Origin: Candidatus Marinamargulisbacteria bacterium
Lineage (GTDB): Bacteria > Margulisbacteria > Marinamargulisbacteria > UBA817
DNA length: 59,857 bases
NCBI GenBank assembly: GCA_023262965.1
Contig: JALQXX010000005.1
Location: 1 to 59,857, forward strand
Direction: 5' to 3'
Below, piece by piece: positions 39,962-49,145 of the stretch (position 1 is its first letter; every line of letters begins with the position of its first letter). Made by a program: the position numbers and the translations under genes. The notes under the pieces are model-generated. The model was not told the DNA's origin. It worked only from the letters and a program-made list of their open reading frames with translations, and ran no database searches.

Positions 39962-41172
39962 TAACGGTCGTCAAATGGATGTTTATTGTACTCGTTGCCC
40001 TTGGCGGATATATCATTTACCGTGACCGTTTATTAACCATGGAGTCCGATACATCCAGGTCATTTGCCGAGCAAAAAAACACCCGCAGTATCGGCTACGA
40101 AGAGGGTAAAAAAGTATTTGATGTACGAGTTGATAGTATGTGGCAGGAAACCTATACCGATACCTTTCGATCCAAAAATATCACCTCTGGAACCATCTAC
40201 GATGCTACTGAAGCCGTTATTATCTCGGATTTACGCGGTGACACGGGCATCATCAATACCATCACCAAATCCATTAATGCGTCTGAGAATGTTTTTGCGC
40301 ACATTCATCCCCGCGAACACAATCAAACCATTACCGTGAATGCGCTGGCATTTAGCTATCGACACCTGACCAAAACAGCATCGTTTGCCGATGATACACG
40401 ACTTCAAATTGAAAATACGTATATCAAATCATCGGATGTCACCTACATTAATGATCCGGAACAGTTACTATTAAAGGGGGACACGCATTTAACCAACGCC
40501 TCCAGTAAATCCCAATTCGAAAATGGCCATTTTGATACAAAAACCAATCAATTAATTGTGGATAGCCCCGTTAAAACCGTTTATTCACGGAAGGCCACCG
40601 CATCCCAATCCGATACCGTCCGTGCATTATTAGCGCATGAAACCACCATTACTGCCAAGGGCTTCAAACTGGGTGTTACTGGAGATGATGTTCGTGTAAC
40701 CTATAGCCCCACGGTCGCCGTTTCCCAACCCGATAAATCATTAACCTGTCATACGTTACACATTGATGAGTCCAATGACGAATACTGGGCCTCTGGCAAT
40801 GTGTCGATGGCCTTTGATAATTTAAACTGGCTTAAAAAAGAATCCCATACCTTTAGCAATGATAATATCCGCACCATGATCCGTAATCCAACCACACTGT
40901 CTGCTGAATGGGCGGGTTTTTCCAAAACCAACAACACCTTAGAGCTTGTAACCAATGTGGAAATCAAGCAAAAGAGCATAAAAATAACGGCCGATTATTT
41001 GCGTTATGATACAGTCAATGACCGTATTCATATTTCAGGAAACGTCATGATCCGTGCATTTGGCATGAACCAACTGGAAACCGAACAATTGATTATTGAC
41101 GTGGCCAATGAAACCTTTACCGCCATCACGACATCCCAACCCAGTGAACTGCTATTTGATATGGACTCGTAA
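39958..41172 (+). CDS. LptC/LptA (OstA beta-jellyroll) family protein
   Basis: N-terminal TM followed by repeated ASGNV / ITADYLRYD / ISGNV jellyroll segments. Confidence 0.7.
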   Translation: MITVVKWMFIVLVALGGYIIYRDRLLTMESDTSRSFAEQKNTRSIGYEEGKKVFDVRVDSMWQETYTDTFRSKNITSGTIYDATEAVIISDLRGDTGIINTITKSINASENVFAHIHPREHNQTITVNALAFSYRHLTKTASFADDTRLQIENTYIKSSDVTYINDPEQLLLKGDTHLTNASSKSQFENGHFDTKTNQLIVDSPVKTVYSRKATASQSDTVRALLAHETTITAKGFKLGVTGDDVRVTYSPTVAVSQPDKSLTCHTLHIDESNDEYWASGNVSMAFDNLNWLKKESHTFSNDNIRTMIRNPTTLSAEWAGFSKTNNTLELVTNVEIKQKSIKITADYLRYDTVNDRIHISGNVMIRAFGMNQLETEQLIIDVANETFTAITTSQPSELLFDMDS

Positions 41173-41897
41173 TGACCCAAGAACCCTACATATCCGTTAT
41201 TCTTCCAGCCGGTGGTTCAGGGCAACGATACCACCCTTCCCAACCCAAATTATTGGCTCCGATTCACGGAAAACCGGTTATTTACCATACCGTTGCGGCG
41301 TTTTATAACCATCCCGCCATTTCAGAAATTATTATTCCCTGCACAAATGATTTGAAAAACCAATTGGATGCTGTTCTGCATGCATTTTGCAGCAAATACC
41401 ACTGTGTCCCCAGTGGCCGTAGCCGGGCGTTATCCGTGGCTAGTGGGTATCACAATCGAAACCCCCGTAGTCACTATGTACTCATTCATGACGCGGCTCG
41501 ACCCAATGTGTCCGCGAATTTAATTACCCGTGTTATTGCTGCGTTACACACGCATAAAGCGGTTATTCCGGGCATTCCTGTAACCGATACATTAAAAAAT
41601 GTGGCCAATGGATGGATTACACATACCGTTGATCGGTCCACGCTGGTTGCCGTTCAAACGCCCCAAGGATTTCATGCCGATTGCTTAGCAACGGCCTATG
41701 CAACCGTGCTTCATCTGGACAACTACACCGATGAAGCCAGCTTGGTTGAAGCCTGTGGCACGGCTGGCAAAATCATCGCCGGAGAGCCAACCAACATTAA
41801 ACTCACGGTTGATTCAGACCGTCACTTTTTGGAATACGTATGGGGCCATTCGAATGTTCATCCGGATTCATCTCAATCTCATGACGGTACTTGGTAA
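41172..41897 (+). CDS. ispD: 2-C-methyl-D-erythritol 4-phosphate cytidylyltransferase
   Basis: AGGSGQR, HDAARP, VQTPQGF, TDE and NIKLT motifs. Confidence 0.95.
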   Translation: MTQEPYISVILPAGGSGQRYHPSQPKLLAPIHGKPVIYHTVAAFYNHPAISEIIIPCTNDLKNQLDAVLHAFCSKYHCVPSGRSRALSVASGYHNRNPRSHYVLIHDAARPNVSANLITRVIAALHTHKAVIPGIPVTDTLKNVANGWITHTVDRSTLVAVQTPQGFHADCLATAYATVLHLDNYTDEASLVEACGTAGKIIAGEPTNIKLTVDSDRHFLEYVWGHSNVHPDSSQSHDGTW

Positions 41898-43119
41898 CGG
41901 TTCGACGGGCAATGGGTAACCCAATATGCTTGAGTATATCGGCCAATTTTTGATCGGAAAACAGGGGGTTTTGGTTTTTGTAATACGCAATCAGCAATTT
42001 AACCTGCCGTTTTGTTTTTCCAAAAATACCGCGTTGGCATAAATTTTTAAACAAAATAACCCGACCGTTCCATTCAATGTATTTGGTGCGAACCAATCGG
42101 GATATGGTGCTTTCCGACACCCCCAACTGATTGGCTAAATCTCGCTGCAAACAAGGCAGTAAATAAGCGTCACCCTCCAGAAAATACAAGCGCTGCTTTT
42201 GAATCAAATAGTGACCACAAGCCATCAACAATTCCTGCCGCTTTTGAAAATGCGCCAACCAAATTTTAGCCTCCTCTAATTGTTTTTTTGCTTTTTCATC
42301 AACAGCATTATTTAACTGTTTAATTAAATTGTCGTTTAAATGCACCGTCATGCGTTGCTGTTCCAAATTATGCAGCTCAATGGTGCCATTATCAATCGTC
42401 ACACGCAATGACGGTTGCACTGGAATAGTCATTTCTCGGGATTTAAAAGGGGCCGCGGGATTTGGCTGCAATTGCCCAATAAATTGAATGTAGTTGGATA
42501 ACGTTTCCATAGATATTCCCAAAGCTGCCATAATGGGGCCATACTGATGAGTGGATATTGCATCTAAATACGACTTCACCAGCGTTTTTAAACACATTTC
42601 ATCGGTTTTATTGGTCAATCCGTAACTTTCAATTTGATTCCATAGACATTCATTGATTGATCGTGCACCAATTCCATCCGGTTCAAATGATTGCAGTATT
42701 TTAAGGCAATGGAACACATAGCGTTCATCCACATTGTGTTGGGCCATAATATCCGCTCGTATGTCTTTGTAATTGGGCAACAACCCGTGGTCATCCAAAT
42801 GATCGATGAGTGTCAATACAATATCGTACTCCAATTCCGATATAAATTGAGCATCCAGTTGGGTCATTAACGTCGATAAAAGCGTTTCTTCATAAGTAGC
42901 CACATCCAAAGGCGACACACTATCCGAATCACTATACGAATCTACAGACTCAAATGATGCGGTTTTTACATACAAAAACGGATTTTTTTTAGCCTGCTCC
43001 GTTAAGGACTCTTCAAACTCATTCACAGATTGTTGCAAGACCATGAATCGCTGGATCATCACATGATTTAATTGAAGCATTTGTTTTAATTGCAACGACT
43101 GATAAATCTTAACGTTCAC
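41803..43119 (-). CDS. rpoN: RNA polymerase sigma-54 factor
   Basis: Gln/Leu-rich region I, EPDGIGARS, ESTISR HTH and RpoN box IARRTVTKYR; GTG start near 43119. Confidence 0.9.
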   Translation of the reverse strand: MNVKIYQSLQLKQMLQLNHVMIQRFMVLQQSVNEFEESLTEQAKKNPFLYVKTASFESVDSYSDSDSVSPLDVATYEETLLSTLMTQLDAQFISELEYDIVLTLIDHLDDHGLLPNYKDIRADIMAQHNVDERYVFHCLKILQSFEPDGIGARSINECLWNQIESYGLTNKTDEMCLKTLVKSYLDAISTHQYGPIMAALGISMETLSNYIQFIGQLQPNPAAPFKSREMTIPVQPSLRVTIDNGTIELHNLEQQRMTVHLNDNLIKQLNNAVDEKAKKQLEEAKIWLAHFQKRQELLMACGHYLIQKQRLYFLEGDAYLLPCLQRDLANQLGVSESTISRLVRTKYIEWNGRVILFKNLCQRGIFGKTKRQVKLLIAYYKNQNPLFSDQKLADILKHIGLPIARRTVTKYRHEIEMNPDEHSNGPIRIPKSDGLNQP

Positions 43120-44089
43120 AACATGGCACCGCCAATCCCAAACCCGGCAAAACAGTAACCGGCGTTGATTGGACCCCCGCATCGCGATACACACGCGCCG
43201 CCAACCCAATCATCCCCGCATTATCGGTACATAATGGAATAGCAGGGATACAAATGGGCGCATCAATAGTCTCGACAATATGCGATCGAATCACCCGATT
43301 GGCAAAAACCCCCCCACACAAAACCACCTGATTGGGCTGATACCTATTCACCGTTTCACGAAGTTTGTGTGCCAATATTGTGGCCACTTGATGTTGAAAA
43401 CTCGCGGCAATATCCGGTTTAGCGTACGTTTCTTTGTGAATACTGTGCAACACCGCTGTTTTTAGCCCCGAAAAACTAAACCGCTGCGGATCATTTTGGA
43501 CGGGATGTGGTAACGGCACACACACTGTACCGGATTGAGCCAAAACTTCAATCGCCGGACCCCCGGGATACGATAGCCCCAACATACGTGCCACTTTATC
43601 AAACGCCTCTCCACAGGCATCGTCCATCGTATTGGCCACCATGTGCACCGTTAAGGGGTCCGTCATATGAACCACCATGGTGTGACCGCCCGATGCAATA
43701 CAAGCAATCAATGGAAAGTGCAGTTGATGCGCATCCAATGCCGCAAAAATGTGGCCATGCAAATGATTCACCCCAATCAAAGGACACTGCAACTGCTGAC
43801 TAAGGGTTTTGGCCGCAACAATACCCACCAACAACGCCCCTTCCAATCCCGGCCCAACGGTAACCGCCACATGCGTTATATCGTTTAACGAAACCCCCGC
43901 GGATACCAAGGCACGTCCCAGGACATCATCAATATATTCCGCATGCAGGCGAGACGCCAATTCCGGAACAACACCCCCATACTTGCGATGGTGCCGAATT
44001 TGCGATAGCCATTCATTGGACCGTATACCGGTATCATCAACCACAGCCACGGCCGTTTCATCACAGGATGTTTCAAACGCTAAAATCAT
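43109..44089 (-). CDS. tsaD: tRNA t6A threonylcarbamoyltransferase
   Basis: ETSCDET, GGVVPELASR, NHLHGH, GEAFDK and TDNAGMI motifs. Confidence 0.97.
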   Translation of the reverse strand: MILAFETSCDETAVAVVDDTGIRSNEWLSQIRHHRKYGGVVPELASRLHAEYIDDVLGRALVSAGVSLNDITHVAVTVGPGLEGALLVGIVAAKTLSQQLQCPLIGVNHLHGHIFAALDAHQLHFPLIACIASGGHTMVVHMTDPLTVHMVANTMDDACGEAFDKVARMLGLSYPGGPAIEVLAQSGTVCVPLPHPVQNDPQRFSFSGLKTAVLHSIHKETYAKPDIAASFQHQVATILAHKLRETVNRYQPNQVVLCGGVFANRVIRSHIVETIDAPICIPAIPLCTDNAGMIGLAARVYRDAGVQSTPVTVLPGLGLAVPCCER

Positions 44090-44331
44090 ATAAACGACAT
44101 AATAACGGATTTTAAAATACCTAAAAAAATGAACGCAATCATCGGGGAAAAATCAATGCCCTGCACGGGCGGAATAAGCGATTGAAACGGCTCTAAGATG
44201 GGGTTGGTGATTTGCATCACTAACCGAATGATGGGGTGATACGGGTTATGTGGAATCCATGATAAAAAAACCCGAACAATCATCACAATATACACCGCAT
44301 CAAACACGCGATCAATGACGTCGTGCATCAT
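44086..44331 (-). CDS. yggT: YggT family membrane protein
   Basis: LSW...ITNPILEPF...IDFSP; adjacent to proC. Confidence 0.9.
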   Translation of the reverse strand: MMHDVIDRVFDAVYIVMIVRVFLSWIPHNPYHPIIRLVMQITNPILEPFQSLIPPVQGIDFSPMIAFIFLGILKSVIMSFI

Positions 44332-45137
44332 GATTGCATCCCCTGTGCTAATGCAAGTGAGCGCTGATATGTTGCCGACAATACCCCATCCCAATGGGTT
44401 AAAAACCCGGATGTTTCCATATGCGTCAACCCCGCATGTGTGGTGCCGTTGGGGGAGCGAACATCGGTTATTAATTGATCCAAATCGGCTGGAGGCACCA
44501 TCATCTGGCCCGCACCGGCCATGGTCTGAGCAACCGCTATTTGAGCATCCGCCCTGCGCATGCCCTGGCGCACAGCAAAGGCCACCATAACCTGCGCCAT
44601 TTGATAAAAAAACGCCGGAGAACTACCGGCAATACTCGTAAACGCATGCAAATGGTCTTCATTGGCAACGGGAATCACGGTGCCACAAACCGCTAATACA
44701 GCGAGAACCGATTGTTGACGGGCGTCTGACAATAAATCCAGCCCGTACACCCCAATCACTCCACAGGATACTTGAACCGTCATATTGGGCATTGTACGCA
44801 CAACGGCGGTCGTGCGCCATTTCGACATTAGTGTTTGTATGGATACCCCTGCCATCACCGAAATTAAGACATGATCTGATGTGACATGTGCCGCAATATC
44901 CGGTGATACGGCATTCACCGATTGTGGCTTGACAGCTACAAAAATAATTCGCGATTGACGAAACACATCCGCCACAGACCCCCTTACCACACGATCATGC
45001 GCCACAGCCCAATGCGTGGCGGGTAGTGGGGTGGAGGTAGCCACCATCAACTGGCACGCTGTTTTTTGACACAGTCGATGCCCCAGAGCACCACCCATAC
45101 GGCCAAACCCAATAAATCCCAACCAATTATCGATCAA
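44328..45137 (-). CDS. proC: Pyrroline-5-carboxylate reductase
   Basis: FIGFGRMG, AVKPQ, RTMPN, GSSPAF and SPNGTT; start near 45137. Confidence 0.93.
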   Translation of the reverse strand: MIDNWLGFIGFGRMGGALGHRLCQKTACQLMVATSTPLPATHWAVAHDRVVRGSVADVFRQSRIIFVAVKPQSVNAVSPDIAAHVTSDHVLISVMAGVSIQTLMSKWRTTAVVRTMPNMTVQVSCGVIGVYGLDLLSDARQQSVLAVLAVCGTVIPVANEDHLHAFTSIAGSSPAFFYQMAQVMVAFAVRQGMRRADAQIAVAQTMAGAGQMMVPPADLDQLITDVRSPNGTTHAGLTHMETSGFLTHWDGVLSATYQRSLALAQGMQS

Positions 45138-45642
45138 CAACAACCCCGGCCAAGGTCGGCTTATCATACAAGGGAATCGCACTAACATTCGTAGCTGCCC
45201 ATGCATATGGCAATCGATGGATGAGCGCGTTAAATGATGTGGCATGCACATAAAAAATAAGGGATTGTTCCGCCAACCGTCGCTGCAATTCCTGAAGATC
45301 CGTGTATTCCGAGTCCAGTAACCCAAACTCATCTATATGCTGGTCAATAAAATGGGTTAACGCTTCATTTTGTTGAACATACGCATATGGGTCCAGTTCA
45401 TACCCAACGGCCATCAATTGACGGTACAACTCCCCATACCGCGGCGGTCGGAAATCACTACGCCCCTTTGTATTTTTAATGAAGTTGGATCGGGCCTGTG
45501 CTTGGTGCTTATAGGCTTGAAAAACCGCTGTAACCCCCTCGTGATGCACCTTAACTGTATGCTGAACCGAGCGTATCCCCATAAAAACAATAATCGCAAT
45601 CCAAAAAATACCATTCCATACGTGGTTTTTGGTAATGTTCAT
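45127..45642 (-). CDS. LemA-like membrane-anchored protein (divergent)
   Basis: N-terminal TM, helical body and C-terminal FNALIHRLP resembling LemA YN..I..FP. Confidence 0.5.
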   Translation of the reverse strand: MNITKNHVWNGIFWIAIIVFMGIRSVQHTVKVHHEGVTAVFQAYKHQAQARSNFIKNTKGRSDFRPPRYGELYRQLMAVGYELDPYAYVQQNEALTHFIDQHIDEFGLLDSEYTDLQELQRRLAEQSLIFYVHATSFNALIHRLPYAWAATNVSAIPLYDKPTLAGVVVDR

Positions 45643-45673
45643 GCCACTATAATACTAATAAACGGCGCTGCCG

Positions 45674-46324
45674 TCACCCCATGTAACGGATTTGTGACTC
45701 CGCATGAATGGTTGTGGATGGGCCATGCCCCGACAATACCACCGTCTCAGGAGGCAACGTCATTAATTTGGTCTTTATCGACTCAATTAGCTGATCATAA
45801 TTGCCCCCAGGAAGATCGGTTCGTCCCATTCCACGTTTAAATACCGTATCCCCACTCAATACCAGGGGGCCTTTAAAGGTGTTGATCGATGTGCTCAAAA
45901 AATACGAAACATGTCCTTGAGCATGCCCCGGGGTTTCGTAGACCGTAAAATCATGGTCGCCAATGCAAACCGTCATGCCCTCATGCACCGTATCTGTAAC
46001 ACGAAATGCCCCCGAATACGGAATGCCCAATCGCTGGGACTGTAGCTCTAAGAGCGCTTGATTCATTCCATCATCAGGATGGGCCATAACGGCAATTGGG
46101 GCCCCAGGATACCGGGCCAAAAGGTCCGCCACGCCCCCCACATGGTCAATATGCGAGTGGGTAATCCAAATCGCTCGCAACCGTGTAGCCGGGGGAATCA
46201 CCGCTATTATCCGATCCACATCTCCACCCGGATCAACGACAACGGCTTCCTGGTTTTTTGTATCCACAAGAACGCGTGCATTCTGCTCATAAATTGTAAC
46301 CGGAACGGTTGTAATGGTTAACAT
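45674..46324 (-). CDS. MBL-fold hydrolase (glyoxalase II/YcbL-like)
   Basis: THSHIDH, TPGH, GRTDLPGG and GHG motifs. Confidence 0.92.
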   Translation of the reverse strand: MLTITTVPVTIYEQNARVLVDTKNQEAVVVDPGGDVDRIIAVIPPATRLRAIWITHSHIDHVGGVADLLARYPGAPIAVMAHPDDGMNQALLELQSQRLGIPYSGAFRVTDTVHEGMTVCIGDHDFTVYETPGHAQGHVSYFLSTSINTFKGPLVLSGDTVFKRGMGRTDLPGGNYDQLIESIKTKLMTLPPETVVLSGHGPSTTIHAESQIRYMG

Positions 46325-46330
46325 GGCCAG

Positions 46331-48691
46331 TTACGACCCCACACGGGGCTTAAATTGAACCTGCCCATCATCGGTAATCATCAAAGACGACTGAAACGAT
46401 TCACCGGAACGGGTTTTAAACCCATCCATATCATTCAATTCACGCGATGCCAATAATTCCTTGGCCTCATCAACTGTGATGGGGCGCGACGCAATTGTTT
46501 TCCAAATGACAAATCGGCATCCGGTATGTTTCCATTGATTGCAGGAATACGCTTTTGCTGTTTCCACAACCGATCCCGATTGGCATATCCTACACGTCCC
46601 CAACACAACCTGTTCAAATTGAAATCCAACTTTGCCATCCGCCACGATTAATCGGGCATCAAACGGTTCGCCGTTTGTGCGTTTAAACCCTTTAATAAGC
46701 TTGGTAGAACCCGTTTTAACCAATTGACGGGCTTGCGCCTCCGTGATGGCTTTTTTGGCCATTTGCTTCCATATAACAAACGAACAATTATCCGACTTCC
46801 AACGTGTACAACTATACGATTTTAGACGAGACACCACATGACCACTGTGACACAGGGGACAGGATCCCAAAATCACCTCATCTGACGACACCACATAATC
46901 CGTATTGTCTACAACTTTTTGAATCATATCTTTAGAAAATTGTTTAATGTCATTCATATAATCAATCCAACTCGCTTTTGACTGAGCAATATCATTTAAC
47001 GCTTTTTCCCAGCGACCTGTCAACTCCGCAGAAACCAACTCATCACTCAACATGCAATCAATTAAATACATCCCCTTTGGGGTTGGCACCAACGCATTTT
47101 TTTTTCGTTCAATATAGCAAACTGAAATCAACTTCTCTAAAATCTGCGCGCGTGTTGCGGGCGTTCCCAATCCACAATCCTTCATGGCCTGGCGCAAATC
47201 GTCATCATCCACAGACTTTCCCGCGGTTTCCATGGCCGCCAACACGGTCGCTTCAGTATACAAAGGAGGGGCCTTGGTTTTGCCTTTTTTAAGGTGAATA
47301 GCGGCAATATCAACGTTATCGCCAGCCATCACAGCGGGCAACAAAATGTCAGCGTCATGATCGGTTTTGGGGTACATCGTACGCCATCCCGGCGACACAA
47401 TCACCATTCCACTGGCCTTAAAGGATTCCGTCGCAATAGTCATGTGAATATCGGTGGACTGCTTATGACAAACCGGAAAAAAAGCCGCTAAAAACCGGCG
47501 AATAATCATGTCATAAATATGATTCTCCGACACCGACAGGTTCGCCATAACCGGTGATTTATTGGTGGGGATAATCGCATGATGGTCGGTTACTTTCCCA
47601 TCATCAATCATACGATCGGCAATCGTGTAACCATTGTCAATAATGGTTTGAGTCGCCTGAGAAAATTCCGGTAATTCCGACAATATCGTGATGTATTCTG
47701 GGCATTTAGGCGCAATATCCGTGGTTAAATATCGCGATGATGTTCGTGGATACGATACAATTTTATGAGTTTCATACAATGCCTGAATAACGGTTAAGGT
47801 GTAATCCGCTGAGTAATTGTAAAGTCGATTCGCATCTTTTTGTAAGGAGGTCAAATCATATAACAACGGCTGTTTTTCAGTAATTGTTTTTTGATCCAAT
47901 GCCGCAATGGTCGCCTTGGTTTCGTTTGCTAAGCGCTTGGACAGTTCCGTTGCGACCGATTCATCCAGTATACGACTGCCTTCATTTCCCATCCATTTGG
48001 CCTGAAACGCGCCATTAACATGGATCACATCGGCCAAAATCTCATAAAAATGGCTGGATTGAAAATCCTGATTAGCGCGATAGCGATCCACAATCATTTT
48101 TAATACCGGGGTTTGCACGCGCCCGACACTCATAACGCCACGGCCACGTGAAAATTTAATCGAGTACGCGCGTGTGGCATTGATGCCAACAATCCAATCG
48201 GCCTCTGAGCGCGCTCTAGCCGAATAATACAGTGGCAAATAATCATCACCATGCTTTAATTGGCGAAACCCATCCCGAATAGCCTCATCGGTTTGTGACG
48301 AAATCCACAGCCGTTTTATGGGAAGCGTGCATCCCGAATCCTCGTAAATAAGCCGAAAAATCAATTCCCCCTCACGCCCCGCATCCGTTGCACATACAAT
48401 GGATACCAAATCCGAACGACTCAGTAACCGCTTAACAATGGCATAATGATCTTTGGTGCGTTCAATCGGTTCACGACGAAATGTTTCAGGAATGATGGGT
48501 AATCGATCCAGCTGCCACTGTTCATAAAGGGGATCGTACGCATTTGGCTGACTCAATTCCAATAAATGACCCAAGGCCCAGGTAATAACGTACCCATTGC
48601 CCTCCAAAAACCCATCTCGCTTAGCGGACACATTCAAAACGCGTGCGATATCACGCGCGACGGATGGTTTCTCTGTTAGAATTAATTCCAT
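46331..48691 (-). CDS. topB: DNA topoisomerase III (type IA) with C-terminal Zn-ribbon repeats
   Basis: EKPSVA, DAGREGE, GRVQTP, YPRT, GLGTPATRA and two CxxC...C..FVIWK repeats. Confidence 0.95.
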   Translation of the reverse strand: MELILTEKPSVARDIARVLNVSAKRDGFLEGNGYVITWALGHLLELSQPNAYDPLYEQWQLDRLPIIPETFRREPIERTKDHYAIVKRLLSRSDLVSIVCATDAGREGELIFRLIYEDSGCTLPIKRLWISSQTDEAIRDGFRQLKHGDDYLPLYYSARARSEADWIVGINATRAYSIKFSRGRGVMSVGRVQTPVLKMIVDRYRANQDFQSSHFYEILADVIHVNGAFQAKWMGNEGSRILDESVATELSKRLANETKATIAALDQKTITEKQPLLYDLTSLQKDANRLYNYSADYTLTVIQALYETHKIVSYPRTSSRYLTTDIAPKCPEYITILSELPEFSQATQTIIDNGYTIADRMIDDGKVTDHHAIIPTNKSPVMANLSVSENHIYDMIIRRFLAAFFPVCHKQSTDIHMTIATESFKASGMVIVSPGWRTMYPKTDHDADILLPAVMAGDNVDIAAIHLKKGKTKAPPLYTEATVLAAMETAGKSVDDDDLRQAMKDCGLGTPATRAQILEKLISVCYIERKKNALVPTPKGMYLIDCMLSDELVSAELTGRWEKALNDIAQSKASWIDYMNDIKQFSKDMIQKVVDNTDYVVSSDEVILGSCPLCHSGHVVSRLKSYSCTRWKSDNCSFVIWKQMAKKAITEAQARQLVKTGSTKLIKGFKRTNGEPFDARLIVADGKVGFQFEQVVLGTCRICQSGSVVETAKAYSCNQWKHTGCRFVIWKTIASRPITVDEAKELLASRELNDMDGFKTRSGESFQSSLMITDDGQVQFKPRVGS

Positions 48692-48786
48692 ACCTACAAC
48701 CTTATCATAAAAGCATTGAATACACTATTCATCGTAGCCCTCAACTGATTTTATTTTATTACATTTAAAAATATCAATATAAAAGC

Positions 48787-48816
48787 TGAAAGCCGTCTGT
48801 ATACACCTACGATATA
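48787..48816 (+). promoter_or_regulatory. Bipartite motif TGAAAGCC-N14-ACGATATA, copy 1 (sigma28-like promoter candidate)
   Basis: Same boxes and spacing as 49000-49029, with an unrelated spacer. Confidence 0.55.
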
Positions 48817-48820
48817 CGGG

Positions 48821-48910
48821 TGTAAGGCGTATAATTGGCCTTACTCATTTACAAAGAAGAGCCCGCATGGCACCAGTGTCTCCCCCCTTTATCTGTTGCC
48901 CGGGCTCTTC
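48821..48910 (+). ncRNA. Candidate sRNA 1 (two hairpins, C-rich loop); strand inferred
   Basis: P1 GTAAGGC/GCCTTAC; P2 GAAGAGCCCG/CGGGCTCTTC with inner GGCACCAG/CTGTTGCC; loop TGTCTCCCCCCTTTAT. Confidence 0.6.
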
Positions 48911-48999
48911 GTCACTAACCGAATCTGTGATCGTGTAATCAAAAAACACAGGCACTAAGACCGTATAGAATATCCCTATAATAAAAAAATAAATTAGTG

Positions 49000-49029
49000 T
49001 GAAAGCCCCCCCGCTAACCAAACGATATA
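49000..49029 (+). promoter_or_regulatory. Bipartite motif TGAAAGCC-N14-ACGATATA, copy 2
   Basis: Matches 48787-48816 in both boxes and spacing. Confidence 0.55.
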
Positions 49030-49032
49030 TAC

Positions 49033-49118
49033 TGTAAGGCGTTATGCCTTCCTCTTAACAAGAGCCCACATAATGTACAAAAATCTCTCTCCCCCTTTAT
49101 GTTTTTGTACGTGGGCTC
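49033..49118 (+). ncRNA. Candidate sRNA 2 (paralog of sRNA 1); strand inferred
   Basis: P1 AAGGC/GCCTT; P2 GAGCCCAC/GTGGGCTC with inner GTACAAAAAT/GTTTTTGTAC; loop CTCTCTCCCCCTTTAT. Confidence 0.6.
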
Positions 49119-49145
49119 ATCCCCTCTTCGGATTATTTAACGGTA

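Noticed and set aside
48821-49118. Twin units as a CRISPR array or as minus-strand type I toxin micro-ORFs (MRALLCK, MWALVKRKA)
   Set aside because: Only two divergent units and no cas genes; peptide length and SD-ATG spacing are not conserved.
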